This document shows, in pieces, positions 39,352 through 52,430 of a stretch of DNA of 64,000 nt (its first letter is position 1; each line of letters begins with the position of its first letter). Where the stretch lies: positions 18,521 through 82,520 of the forward strand of contig NW_014040433.1 in the NCBI RefSeq assembly GCF_001186125.1, given 5' to 3'. The notes under the pieces were generated by a model, which ran no database searches, was not told the origin of the DNA, and worked only from the letters and a program-made list of their open reading frames with translations. The translations under genes and the position numbers were made by a program. The stretch comes from Sphaeroforma arctica JP610. Lineage: Eukaryota.

Positions 39352-40003
39352 AGAAAAGTGGGCTACCTAAGTGATATTCAGTTAGTAAACAGTTCGTGAG
39401 ACTCGGAAGTGAATTCAGTTCACTAACCACAATAAAAGCGACTAAAAGGACCACAAAGTAGACACACAGGTGCTAATCATCTGAAGTAATATCTCAAGTG
39501 TATACAGCACATCCACATACCACAGGAACACGATCAAACGATTCACATACAAGTCAAATAGATCGTCGTCAATACAAGTAAGTTCGGTATGAAACAGAGT
39601 ATCAAGGGTGATGCCAATAAGACCGAACAGAAAAGTGGGCTACCTAAGTGATATTCAGTTAGTAAACAGTTCGTGAGACTCGGAAGTGAATTCAGTTCAC
39701 TAACCACAATAAAAGCGACTAAGAGGACCACAAAGTAGACACACAGGTGCTAATCATCTGAAGTAATATCTCAAGTGTAAACAGCACATCCACATATCAC
39801 AGGAACACGATCAAACGATTCACATACCCACAAAGTAGACACACAGGTGCTAATCATCTGAAGTAATATCTCAAGTGTAAACAGCACATCAACATACCAC
39901 AGGAACACGATCAAACGATTCACATACAAGTCAAATAGATCGTCGTCAATACAAGTAAGTTCGGTATGAAACAGAGTATCAAGGGTGATGCCAATAAGAC
40001 CGA
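39352..40003. repeat. Direct duplications (~277-bp unit plus a partial internal re-duplication) upstream of element C
   Basis: Copies start at 39352 and 39629; the cacaaagtagacacacagg block occurs three times. Confidence 0.9.
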
Positions 40004-40266
40004 ACTTCAAAGGTGACGTCATTAGGACCAAACATCTAATTAAAATCGTGTGAGAAATATTTTCGCACATGACGAAATAAGTTCAAATAAGTCCACACGT
40101 GACGGAATAAGCCGAACCTACAAACACCGTTTACACCTCCCCAATCACAGGAAGGAACGCAACAAGATACCGCACAACACAGAACGGTGAGCACTTCCAA
40201 CGGAAGTGCAGCAAAGCGAGACCACAATAAAAGTAAGTGAGATAAATTCAAATTTTATACATTTTT

Positions 40267-43200
40267 TTGTACAAATTACTAGCAAAGACAAAGCGGGTGA
40301 AGCGCGCATTCGCACAGAATATAGCACGAGTCGCTACTAATAACCTGAAATACCCACACATCAACACATATATCTCAAGATGCCAACGGCAACCAGAGCA
40401 GGCGTGTATGGTCGTGAAGAGGGTGGCGCTGGCGCGGACGATGCGGGTGACAGCCCAGCAGGGGGGACAAACCCAGGCAGTAGCTCAAGCCAACCAACAC
40501 CGGGGGAGGGGCACCCATACAAGCTTCAGCAATGCGTTTACAAATAGACAAAAGCATCTGTCAAGGCAACTATGTCCTGGTGAGTAGGTTTGTAGCCAAA
40601 TTGGAACAAACAGCACCGATATCTATCGAGTCTACACAAGGTGAGAGTAGGCATAGACGATCAACAGCCAGAACGACGCATGCCAATCGTCGATGCATAA
40701 CTCACAGAAGAAGATACGATTTAGCTATCAATGAGTGTGGTGATGACGAGGAGGACGAACTAATACAAATCAGTCAGTGCATCAGTGAGTTATAACTCAT
40801 GCGTTCACGCTTAGGCGATAGGATCAATGAACCTACACTTTAACTACTAAAAACCTCAGGATTTTCCGAAGTTACCCCGAGACAGTTATTTCAAAACGAA
40901 AAAATGTGGAGATATTATAGAGTTTACTACGCGATGCAGAGATCTATTCTTAGCCAAGTCTGTGTCATCATGTTCGTACCCAGCGCGCGAGATATCTATT
41001 AGACTCCATTGATACAACGGAGACGACCAAGGGGGTGCCCAATGAGTTACGATACTCTGAAACACAGATGACCAAGCACTACAAGGACCCTGAACAATTG
41101 AATAGAATCATTATTGTCAGCCTCAGACACCATCCAGTAGAGAATCTGTTAGAGAAGTTTCTCAATGACATGCAGAATAAGACATTGAACGTGGAGGTGC
41201 ACACAGAGCGATTGCATCGAACAATGCAAGTGTTAGAAGAGTGTTACCGCAACTCGGACAAAGAGACTATACACACGCAAAATCCTCAAGATCAGGCACT
41301 TACGTACTACGGACAACAGAAGAAAGTGGACGTCATCATCAAAGCAGACAAACTGCCTGATGAAAGTGAAGGTCACTTATCCGATATGAAACACACCACG
41401 TTTTACTCTCCTACTGAAGCAATCATAAGAGTAGCGGCTAAAGTACAGGCAGAGCGTTTGTACAGAGAGCGTAAGAAACGCAACTCGCAGCCAGTCACAC
41501 GCAGCCAGTCTCAGAACGGCACAACCACTGCGACCAAACCTGAAACGTCACAAACCAGAGAAAGGCGCACCGAAACAAACCAAGCCAATAGGACAAACTC
41601 AAGAGAAGTGAGAGGCGCGCGAAGAGCGTGCATGTCCTTATTGTAAGGTGATGCCAGTCCCACATCGTTCCAGTCTATGTCTCATGAAGGCATCGAATCA
41701 GACCAAACAGGCTGGGGAGCGTGTCAAGAACGATGTGCAACTAGCAAGACTGTCCATCACCTCCGGAAAGGTAGAAGACATCACAGATGGCGATGAGTCC
41801 TGCAACAACTGGTGGGAGGAAGCAAACATGATTGACCTGGCTGACAGGCTTAATGTACATACAGATGAAGAAATGTTGTTAATACATGCATATGATATAA
41901 ATTACCAACCTTTATCCTTACTTCCCGCACCACGAGACCAACGCTTGCACTTTGACACGTACAAAATGGCAACACATACAATGCACTAGTAGACTCTGGC
42001 GCGCAGAGCTGATGTATGGACAAGAGTATATTAACTGAAGTGTATCTCTCTGTCAGAGCGCAACCGGGCTACATATAACTACCACAAACAGATGCAAGAA
42101 TACAAAGAACAAGGTCAATCCAAGTGTGTAGAAGTATTGAATCTATCAGACCAGAAGGCACCAATACTTCTAGGTATGGACATTTTACCCTACATAGGCG
42201 TATCCATAGCGGGATTAATAAATCCACTTATACCAACAGATGCAAAACGAAAATTACTACTCACTCCACATGAGGAAGACCCAAAGCATGAACAAAAAGG
42301 CTTCAGATAATCACTGTCAGATATCCTAGACACTAATGTGAACATACCTCCTGATGTACATTGCAACCTACCAGGCTCTACAGTCACAGTACCTGCAAAT
42401 GAAATCAATGTCAGACAAATGAGGCATGCCAAAGTCAACTTTGTACCCCATAAGTATATTCCGCAAACGGATGAAAACATGAAAAGGTGGCTTACAGATG
42501 GTCACATATACAAACGAACTACACCAACAACAGTGAATCTACCATTGTTATCAACAGGTGAACATGACCAAACAGGTGTCCTTAAGAAAGTAAGAACATG
42601 TTTAAACTCACTTGAGATCAATTACCAACATGGACAAGATAAATTCGTGCTACCAAAAATAAAAGAAGTACTACACAACCTACAAGGAGTACAATTCTTC
42701 TCAAAGTTAGTTCTCACGGGAGGGTTCCATCACTTCCTAGTAGATGAAGCAAGCCAACACTTCTTCATGTTCTCGTGGAGAGGAGCGCAATACGCATTCA
42801 TGTCAGCGCTGTTTGGCCTACACTCACTCACAGCACAATTCCAAAGAGTCATGGCAAACTTGCTCACAAACATCAAATGTGTGCAAGTGTATGTAGATGA
42901 CATAGTAATTGTAAGTCTTACAGAAGATGAACACCGCAAGACAGTTCTCGAAGTAATCAAACGGTTGAATGGAGCAAACTTCCGACTCAACCACTACAAA
43001 TATGCCTTCGCGGTCAAAGTGGTCAATATTCTAGGTGTGAAAGTCACCACAAATGACCTATAGCTGATCCTGAAAAAAAGAAACGAATGATGGACTGGCC
43101 ACTATCCAGAACGAAAAGAGATCTGCACAAAGCGGTGGGACTAGCAAATTATATGCGCGACCATATTTCCAACTTTGCCCACACAACTTAACACTTCAGG

Positions 43201-44720
43201 AACCTAATGAAAGGGAAAATAAACCAGAATATATTCATGCTATGGACACCGGAACTCAAAAAGAAGTGGGAAGAACTCAAAGAAGCCATCGCGTGTTCGG
43301 CGACACTAGCATACCCTGTTGATGGGGTACCGTTTCAAACCATGAACGATGCTAGTGACTATGGAATAGGAGGATGTTTATTTCAAGTCATCGATAGAGT
43401 CAGGAGAGATATTTTCTACTTTTCCAAAGGCTTGAATCCACCACAACAACGCTTCGGCACAAACACTAAAGAGCTACTAGCACTGGCATACAGCCTAGAA
43501 CATTTCTCCGAATATATCAAAGGAGGGGACATAACACTGTGGACAGATCATAAAGCGCTCACGCAAATGAACAGCCAACAGACGTTACACCCAATGCTAA
43601 CTAAATGGATAGCTAAAACATTACACCACCACTTCTCCATCAAACATGTCCCAGGCAAGGACGACCAGATGGCAGACATGATGTCGTGTCTATACGAAGA
43701 CATATTTACTACTAAAAAGTCAGAGGTACTGCATAACGCGAACAAAACAACACACAACAGCCGAGAGTGCACCACCTTGGAAACTAACATGCCCATAACC
43801 ATTATAGCTATAGACTGGATGTTACACCCCAGATTCTACAAATAAACTGAAAGACGATTTGAGAAATTCACAGTAGATCTGTTTGCATCAGTACTATACC
43901 AAAAACCAGAATGCGCTCCTGCAGAAGTGGGCGCAGGTATTGAATGCATGGGCAAACCCACCGTGGAAACTCATACTTGAGATCCTTGACAAAGTCATTA
44001 AAGAGGCAACCAGCATCACGAGATGTGTACCATAATATCCCAATGCAACGTGGTTTCCAAAATTATTGTCTTTACTAGAAGAAGACTCGATGCTAGTGGA
44101 AAACACAAACAATAAGTTCCTCAACGAATGTGGCAAGACCCCATGTGGCGTCTCATCAGTAGCAAAGATAGGAGTGAAGTCTCCATAATTTGCCTCAACG
44201 CGGGAACAACCTGCCATACACGCTTCAGCATCACAACCAGTTTACTCTGGAGAGGCACCGCATGAAACAGAATACGAGACACGTGTTCACGCCATCGAGC
44301 AATACCACAACTTGGGACATTATAACCCTGAGGAAACGGTAAAAAAGTTGCAAGCAGATGGACACGATTGGCCACAAATTCAACAACATGTACACAAGTA
44401 CAATGAAGATTGCGTACCATGTCTCAAAAATAAGATACACGAAAAGGAATTCCATCCCTTACAATCAATCACAGCCGCATTTACAGGGGACAGAGTCCAA
44501 GTGAACACCATTGGGCCACTACTGAACTCAAACAGAGGACACACAATGTGTTAGTATGGCTAGATGTGCATCCATCATATGTCATACTCAGACCAATGAT
44601 GAACAAATCAGCGGCGACTATAGCACGGACGCTGGTACATATCATATGTAAACATGGGTTTCCGCAAATCATACAGACCGACCAAGGCACTGAATATGTT
44701 AATGACAAGTTTAACCTTCT
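40267..44720 (+). mobile_element. Degenerate, 3'-truncated Ty3/gypsy element C (distinct family): gag-PR-RT-RH-MTase-IN. An A-rich leader may extend upstream to ~37 kb
   Basis: ALVDSGA (~41983), VYVDD, NDASDYGIGG, TDHKAL, VDLFAS, NPPW, HNLGH..CVPC, TDQGTEY; stops abruptly within the integrase. Confidence 0.88.
43813..44170 (+). other. N6-adenine DNA methyltransferase-like domain in pol of C
   Basis: DWMLHPRFYK*TERRFEKFTVDLFAS..(frameshift)..NAWANPPW (43955-43966) KLILEILDKV..CVP*YPNATWFP. Confidence 0.85.
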
Positions 44721-47392
44721 GGAACTTTGGCATTGTGACATATTTATGATGACACTCAACAGCTCTGTGATTTGTATTATTGATCAGTGAAAAATATTGA
44801 TTTGATATGGCTGACAAACATTGTCCCTAAAACCCTTTTGAAGCTAAGCAGCAGTTGTATCTGTTGTTAAACTGATTCACGGCAGCGTGCATATTTTTTT
44901 CAATTTAAGCCAGGGCCGACGGTAGGTGCATGAAAATATGCAGTGGTTTACTGTAAGCGGCTCTATCGTTGAAACGTTTCAAACAACATTTCCTTTCGAC
45001 ATATGTACCGTACACCTGGTCAATTAAACTGCCAATGGCGTGAATTTTTTCCCTATACGTTGACTATCTTGTACTATTTTAAATGCTTTGACCACTCTTG
45101 TGCGAATGACACCTCTGGTGGGCGAGTTATTAGACTCCACACATAATGAAAGGATTTCTTCTGTTGATATTTCTTAGCCTAATTTGAACGCGAGACCTTC
45201 TATCAGCTTTGCAGGTATCAGTGTGTTGGGGTCACAACAACCCTTACAAATAAACGGCTCACCTTTGCCTCGAGGGCTTGATGCTTAGAATTATTCGCCT
45301 TAAGGATATATTCCATCTCATCACGGGTAAGGTGCTTGAAATTTGCACTGGATGATAAGAATTCATTGGACGATATCTGAGTCGGATTTTGCGCTTGTGT
45401 AAAGGTATGTACTAGAATAAATATTATTTCTAGAAGCAGCGGTTTTCGTGCAAATTATCGTACATACGTGCCCATGATAGGTGATTCTGTAAACACTCCG
45501 AAGCATTATTTGTCTATCCATCTGAAGCTGACAGCGACATTTTGTGCCGCTACTGTCAATGATAATACATATGTGTATTACATGACGTGTCGGACTCTAC
45601 GCTCTCACCCCGAGTTTTTCAGTGAATTNNNNNNNNNNNNNNNNNNNNTATATTTCGACAGACTCACTCACACTCAATGTAGACGCATGCTTTGATATCC
45701 GCAGTTTTTCGTTGATAGTTTGTATTTGATGGCACTCGAGGTAGATAGAGATTCAGCTGTATTCCATGTCGAAAGCGTTACAATGGGGATAAAATACTGG
45801 ATCGTGTACATTACTATCTCTACTGCAGACGAAACGCCTGCCGTGTCACTCCCAAACTCTGCGACGCATTAAATCATCGGGTGTGGTCCGGAACTCACCC
45901 TCTGATCCGCCCGAATGTACACTATCTGTCAAATATATACATCTTCTGATTACAAGCGCGGCTGAATTAAAAAATAAACTAGAAATTCTGATTTATGCAA
46001 TACGGGGCCTCGTATGATAAATGTTTATGAATTTACTTGAGTGATGGGTTACACGTAATGCAGATAGGTACGGATATGATGTCTGCTCATCAGTTTGTAT
46101 CTAATCTCAGTTAATGGTGTACTTTTTTCAACAACACTGGTGCAACATAGGTAGGGTCACTAATAGCTTTTGTTTGAATATGAACACTTATTTAAAAGAA
46201 AGAATGCTCATCAGTACTGAAAAACAAAAAATGACGAGATTAGTTCTAGGTCATCATTTATCTAATGATAGTAGTATTAGAGCCGGCAGATGGGCTGCAT
46301 CAGAGCTAAGTGATGCTCAGCATTAATATGCGGTTCTGGACGTCTATATTCTCAGTTCTCTAATCGTGCTGGATATGGAACACTTAGTTCGCACTTTGAT
46401 TGTTGCAGATAGAAAGAGACGTATGGATTCCTATTTGTTTTCAAGCACAGACATGTGTGCAGAGAGATAAATATGTATTAGCACGGAAGACATTTCATGT
46501 TATATATGCTTTTGCTGTTGGTAAGAAAACTGCGTGGGTCTAGGTGACGGGCAAACACAAAGCCATAGGCGTTCGTATCACAAATATGAACATACTGCAT
46601 GAAGTACTGTAAATTGAAGATACAACTTATACTGTAAACGTCGGTCAAACGCGACAGTACTAACGGCTCAACGCGTAATGTTGTGAGACGTCCAACAGCT
46701 CCGGCAATATAACTTCAGAGGATCTTGTTGATGTTGAATAGGAAAACCTTTTCCTCTGACAACGTAGTAAGCCATTGCGTTGTATTTTGAAGAAAATTGG
46801 TTGCTTGTCGGGTTCTAGATCAAAATCTGGCCTTTTCACGATATAACCCGTGTGTTATATAATTCCTTTTTGGTTGTGTCGTGTCGCGCCACCTCTCAGA
46901 GACAACGTCTCCTTTCTGACGTGACCATACCGAGACGACCACCAAGGTAAGGAGCCTCGCGCAAAGTAATTTACGCGTACCATATTTACACAAAATCTAG
47001 TGCGCATATTTTTACTTCGCGCAGTATGATAGGTGAGGCGTATACACATAAAAATCAAGTAAACATATAAACAAAATGATTGGTGAGAGGCGTACAGGCA
47101 CGGGCTCTATAAATTGCTATACAAAATCCATTCGCATTCATTTCGTAAACATTTTAAATGTCTGTCGTTTTAAATACATGATTACCTTGAGAACAAGAGG
47201 TGACAAGAAAATAGAGACTTATGCTTTCAGAACCTGGCAACACGGAAACGTAGGGGCATTACTATAAGTCTTTGAATTGAAGTAAGTGAGAAAGTGGTAG
47301 GTTGACAAAGTTAGAAATTAGCCAAGGATAGTAGCAATAGAGCCGGTAGATGGGCTGCACCAGAGCTGACTGATGCTCAGCTTTTATATACG

Positions 47393-47645
47393 TGTTACGA
47401 CAAAATCAACATTGTACTTGATATTTCAGATACACTCACAGTTCGGTACCAACAATGGTACACAAACTTGAACATAAAGCTGTCATTGTGTCAGTTACAA
47501 GAACGAATGTCAGCTCAGCAATTAATTAGGTTTATACTACACATACGTGCGACACACATGACTAGGTAACGGATATAGCCTTCAGTAGAGGGATAAATAA
47601 AATCACTCTATACATGATATAATTGTTCGAACAGATTATGGGCCT
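47393..47645 (+). repeat. Possible short copia-type LTR (TGTT...AACA) followed by PBS-like GATTATGGGCC
   Basis: Terminal TGTT/AACA and a copia-type PBS; no second copy in the window. Confidence 0.35.
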
Positions 47646-48029
47646 ACTTAGATTACCAGACTACAATAGTGTCTAAGAAACTCATTTGTACAAAACATAA
47701 ACCACACATTACCGCACTCGACAAACACTCTTACAGGTCTACCGTACATTACACAACATAACTTTATTTGAAGTGTTTGATCTTCCCAAGAGCTTCGAGT
47801 TCTACGAGGAAGCTCTTGCCTTTGGCACCACCCACTGGGCAGACTGTGGAGACGAATTTATAAGACTCAAACCCTAAAAACCCTATACGGCCCAAAATAT
47901 ATTACGGCTCATATTTTGGCCGAATAATTGCAATAATATCTTAAAAGGGCACGTGGTAATTATTATACTATATACCCAATATGTAATATGATAATAAACT
48001 TACTTCTTTAGCAAATATATGTTCCAACA

Positions 48030-51000
48030 GTTATGGGCCTATATCGAATATATTTATTTTTATATACCTTATATACATCGCTTAGATTTCCACCCGAACT
48101 TCTCCCTTCTGATCTCCCACCCTTGATCCTTTGATTGACACTCTGATCTTCTGATCGACATTCTGATCTCTGATTCCCTCTCGCCAGTCCCCTGATTCAC
48201 TATCGCCATGCGACTCCCTCCACCCACGGGCCAAATCCCCGTCACTACACTCTCCTCCTTCGATGGAGCCCAACGCTTCCAACTCGATTTCTTCCCAACA
48301 CTTCAGCCAGACAACAATATCTCCCACGCCAACAACCACATTCAACTTGTCCGCACCATTATCTCTGCCGTTCTTGACACAAACGACAACCCTCACGTCA
48401 ACAACACCGCCATCTACTTAGGTGCACAACTTGATGCAATCACTGCTATCACCGACCTCAACAACTATCACAAAGCCGCCACCGATGCACAAGCTGTCCT
48501 TACCCGTATTCGACATGACCGCGCCACGTTATCCGCCGAGCTTGATACCATCCGCGTCGAATCCGCTACACAAGCTGCATCCATTGCTACTCTTAATGCT
48601 GACCTTGCTCGCATACGTCACGAACGACGCACAATTCTCACTGAACGTAACACTGCCAATACCGCTCGCGATTTAGCCCTCTATAGAACAGACTTCACTC
48701 GCCACTGATCTCGATTGCATCCGCAACAAACGAGGCACACTCATCACTGAACGTGACCAGTTTACATCTGATTTTCATCGCATTCGCACTAAACGTGAAC
48801 AGGTGCAATCCGACTGTTATGCCATAGCTGCACTGAACGTGAACAGGCGCAATTCGACTGTCATGCCATAGCTCTCGAACGTGATACCCTTCATCGCGAT
48901 CTCACACGTACACAAGACATCAACGCCAACGCAACCACAGAACACACCGCTCTACAAAATGATCTCCCACGCTTCCGCCATGAGCGTGACTTATACCTCG
49001 AGGAGCGCGAAGAGGCCCGTTTCGAACAAATCCAAGCCCAAGAACAGTCTACTGCCTCCCCTGATGCTTACATCCAAACCGCTCACACTGCCCTCCGCAA
49101 AGCCCATGCCCTCGCTGAAGCCGACAATCAACGCTTGCGCACCGATCGCGACGCACCCCGTGCAAGCCTCACCCAACAGCAGCACGAACATTCCCAACTC
49201 TTACAGGAAGCACTCGCAGAGAACGAAGACCTCACCACTGCCGCCACTCAGCTCCACGACGAAACAACTCCAGGTTGCTCAGAGCAAGATTCGCAAGCTC
49301 GAACAACGCATCCCATCCGCCGCACCTCGGTCTCACCCAGCTTCCCCACTCCTAATACCGAACATCCCTAACAGTCGTGCCACCACTGGCAAAGCTCTTA
49401 AATATTCGAGCAACAACCCGGCTACGAAGCTTACCGAGGACTACAATTTCCCCAATTGGCATCGTCAACTCATACACATCCTTAAGTATGGCGTTCTCCA
49501 CACTCTTCAACCTGCCTCCACTGCCGACTACTCCGAGAAAACCGTCGGCACCACCTTCTTATTCAAGTCACTCGGCAGCGGCCTCCCAGAACAGTATGGC
49601 ACCTACCTCGACCAAGACCCTCATGTATTCTATCGCCGCCTTTGCAACGACGTCAACTCCATCACTATCGGTCGTATATGGGAGCTTCTTGTCCAACTTG
49701 TAACCCTCCCCAAGCAACCATTCCTCGACGACAGCATCGCCAAAGTCCACCTACTTCGCGACCAACTCAAAGGCCTCCATGCCGACACTCCTGAGTTCTA
49801 TCACATCTGCAGTCTACTTCAACCCCTCCATGACGGCTTTGACATCGTTGCCCAAGACGTCATGGGTGCTACCGACCACACATACACCCCGCTATCGTCA
49901 CTAAGATGAGCAATTATGCTACCAACAGCAAAACCATTCTCAGCATCAGCAGCAACTATGCCGTCGCCAGTGTCTCATACCACACTCCTTCCACGCCCCC
50001 AATCCCCGACCCCGCCGCGTTTCACTTGGTAAAGACCCTTCAGGCAACTGCTTTGCACGGCAGAAGCCCGGTCACGGCGCATATCCGCTGCTGGGACTCG
50101 TCTCACACTGGCTCACAATGCACTCTCCCTGGCCTCCCCAAGTGTACCAACTGCCGCAACTTCACCGGTCACACCACCATTGCATATCGCCGTACCTGAA
50201 GCCACGGGGTTCCTCACGTAGCCACATGCCCACCTCCAGTTCCTCCCCCTCCCGATCCACCCCTTGAACCGGTGTAGTACCATGTGAACACGCTTATCAT
50301 CCGTGCAGAACCCAATCACTAATCTGTCATTGCTACAGCTCTCATCGACTCTGGCGCCGACATCTTTATTGTCACTTTCGCTGGCTCACTCTCTGATATC
50401 GAACACGGCCGCTTCGACATTGAGCTTGCCGGCGGCTCTCTCAACACCGCCTCCACTCGCGGTACTCTCCCCGGCCTCAGACCTGCCCTCATCCTCCCTG
50501 GCGCCAGTCACCCTATCCTACACGTCCGCCTCCAGTTCCTCCCTCTCCTGATCTACCCCTTGGACCGGTGCATTACCATGTGAACATGCTTATCCTCCGT
50601 GCAGAACTCAATCACCAATCCGTCATCGCTACAGCTCTCATCGACTCTGGCGCCGACATCTATATTGTCACTTTCGCCGACTCACTCTCTGATATCACGG
50701 CCGCTACGACATTGAGCTCGCCGGCGGCTCTCTCGTCACCGCCTCCACTCGTGGTACTCTCCCCGCCCTCGGTCCTGCCGTTATCCTACCTGACACCATT
50801 CAGCCTATCCTCTCCGTACGTAACATGCAGCGCAACGGTTACACCATCTTCTTTTCCGAAACCCTTACCCCCGATGGCCTTGCCCAATGCCTCATCACAC
50901 GCAATGGCTCCATCGTTACCATCATCGACGAATCTGTCGGGCGCTACCATCTGAATACCTCCCAAGCGAACAGCCTCAACCTCCATCATGCCCGCTTTGG

Positions 51001-52430
51001 CCATCAATCCATCCGTACGACTAAAGGCATTGCCCACACCCACAATATCCCCATCCCTCCTCCTCTTACTGCGACGACTATCAACTCCACCCCACACTTT
51101 TCGATACTCACGTCCCCTAGGTCTTTGGTCCCGTTGACATCGACATGTTCGCTACTCAACACAACCACCAAGTCCCCATCTACTACACCCTTGACCACAC
51201 CGATAAGACGACTCCTCTTCACGACGCGTACAAGCAGAACTGACGCCAGCCTACCAAGCGCCTCTACGGCAACCTCCCCTGGAAAGACTTCCCACGGGCC
51301 GCATGATCTGGCTGTTTCCTGTCAAACCTAAAGCTGCTTGGTGGCCCACTCTCATGTCTCATCTTCAGTCGCACGTCGAATTTATCCCCTCTTTTCCGCA
51401 CACGTTTCTCCGCCGCCAACTAGACGGCACCCAAGACTTTGTCATCACTCCCAACTGGCTCTCTACGGGTGTCGCTATCTTCGGTCCTCAGGCTCATGCC
51501 GTCCCCATCCCTGCAGCTCTCCAGACCGCCATCGACGTCAGTCTCTTCCACACCGCCCCCCCCCCGCATGCTCTTGCATCGCATGTGTCCTTAGAAAAAT
51601 ACACAAGTTTTCCGTCAGCAATAAGTCCCGCACCTTCCCTGACATCGGCGCCGAATGGCAGGTCGATCTTGAAGACAAAGTTGAGCAGGGCTACGGTGGT
51701 CATGCATACACTATCCGCTTCTTTGAACGCTGCACCGGCCTTGAATATCAGGAACACCTGCGCGACAAAAGCGACGCTCACCTCGTCCTAGACCATTTCT
51801 ACACATACATTAAAGTACAGGGTCGCGATCGTCTTTGCACCATCATTGCCAACCGTGGTGGTAATTTTTTTTGCCACCGAATTCAAACGCGTCAATCACC
51901 TCGCCCATGTGCAGATACTCTTCAACCCTACGAGTGACTCCGCCAAACACGGTGGTGTCAAACGCGTGTACCAGACCAACATGAACATTACACTCTGTAT
52001 GGTCGTCCAGGCTCTCCAACCCTCCCACATATAGGCTGAGGCCAAATCCCATGCCTCCCACATCTGCAACATCTCCCCCCGTGCCTCCAACCCCAAGCGT
52101 CTCAGCCCTTACGCAGTCTTCTTTGGTCGCCCCGTTACTGCCATCGTCAAAGCACTTTGCGTATAAGGTTGTATGACCCTTAGCCATGACCACGGCAACA
52201 CAGACAAGCTCCGTCCCAAATGCCGTGTTGACATCCTCATCACACATAACCCCTTCTCTACGCATGCCGACGAATATCGCATGCTTAACGTCGACGCTGG
52301 ATACACCAGACCTGTCGACACGTCCAATTCAACGAGGTCATCTTCCCCTTATGGCACAACGTCGACTCCAAGTCCAAGCCTTACTTTACACCGGAACAGC
52401 CCTCCGTCATTGACACATATCCGACGTGGT
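48030..52430 (+). mobile_element. Degenerate, 3'-truncated Ty1/copia-like element D: PBS-gag-PR(x2)-[ZnF split by MTase]-IN; RT/RH absent
   Basis: AACA|GTTATGGGCC PBS; gag KLTEDYNFPNW and knuckle remnants; ALIDSGA protease followed directly by HHARFGH...CIAC and the integrase core (WQVDL, ANRGGNF, HGGVKR, SPY..FFG). Confidence 0.8.
51073..51490 (+). other. N6-adenine DNA methyltransferase-like domain in copia-like element D
   Basis: Manual translation DDYQLHPTLFDTHVP*VFGPVDIDMFATQHNHQV..DAY..LYGNLPW (51271-51282), then IWLFPVKPKAAWWP..TFL..TPNW..IFGP. Confidence 0.8.

Noticed and set aside
14512..44720. Classifying the MTase-bearing elements as DIRS
   Set aside because: They have DDE integrases, a protease, direct LTRs/PPT and TSDs, and no tyrosine recombinase is visible
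46281..47381. Two copies of a ~45-bp sequence (agccgg.agatgggctgca.cagagct...tgatgctcagc) as an ncRNA or LTR pair
   Set aside because: Too short and diverged, with no recognisable RNA family or element ends
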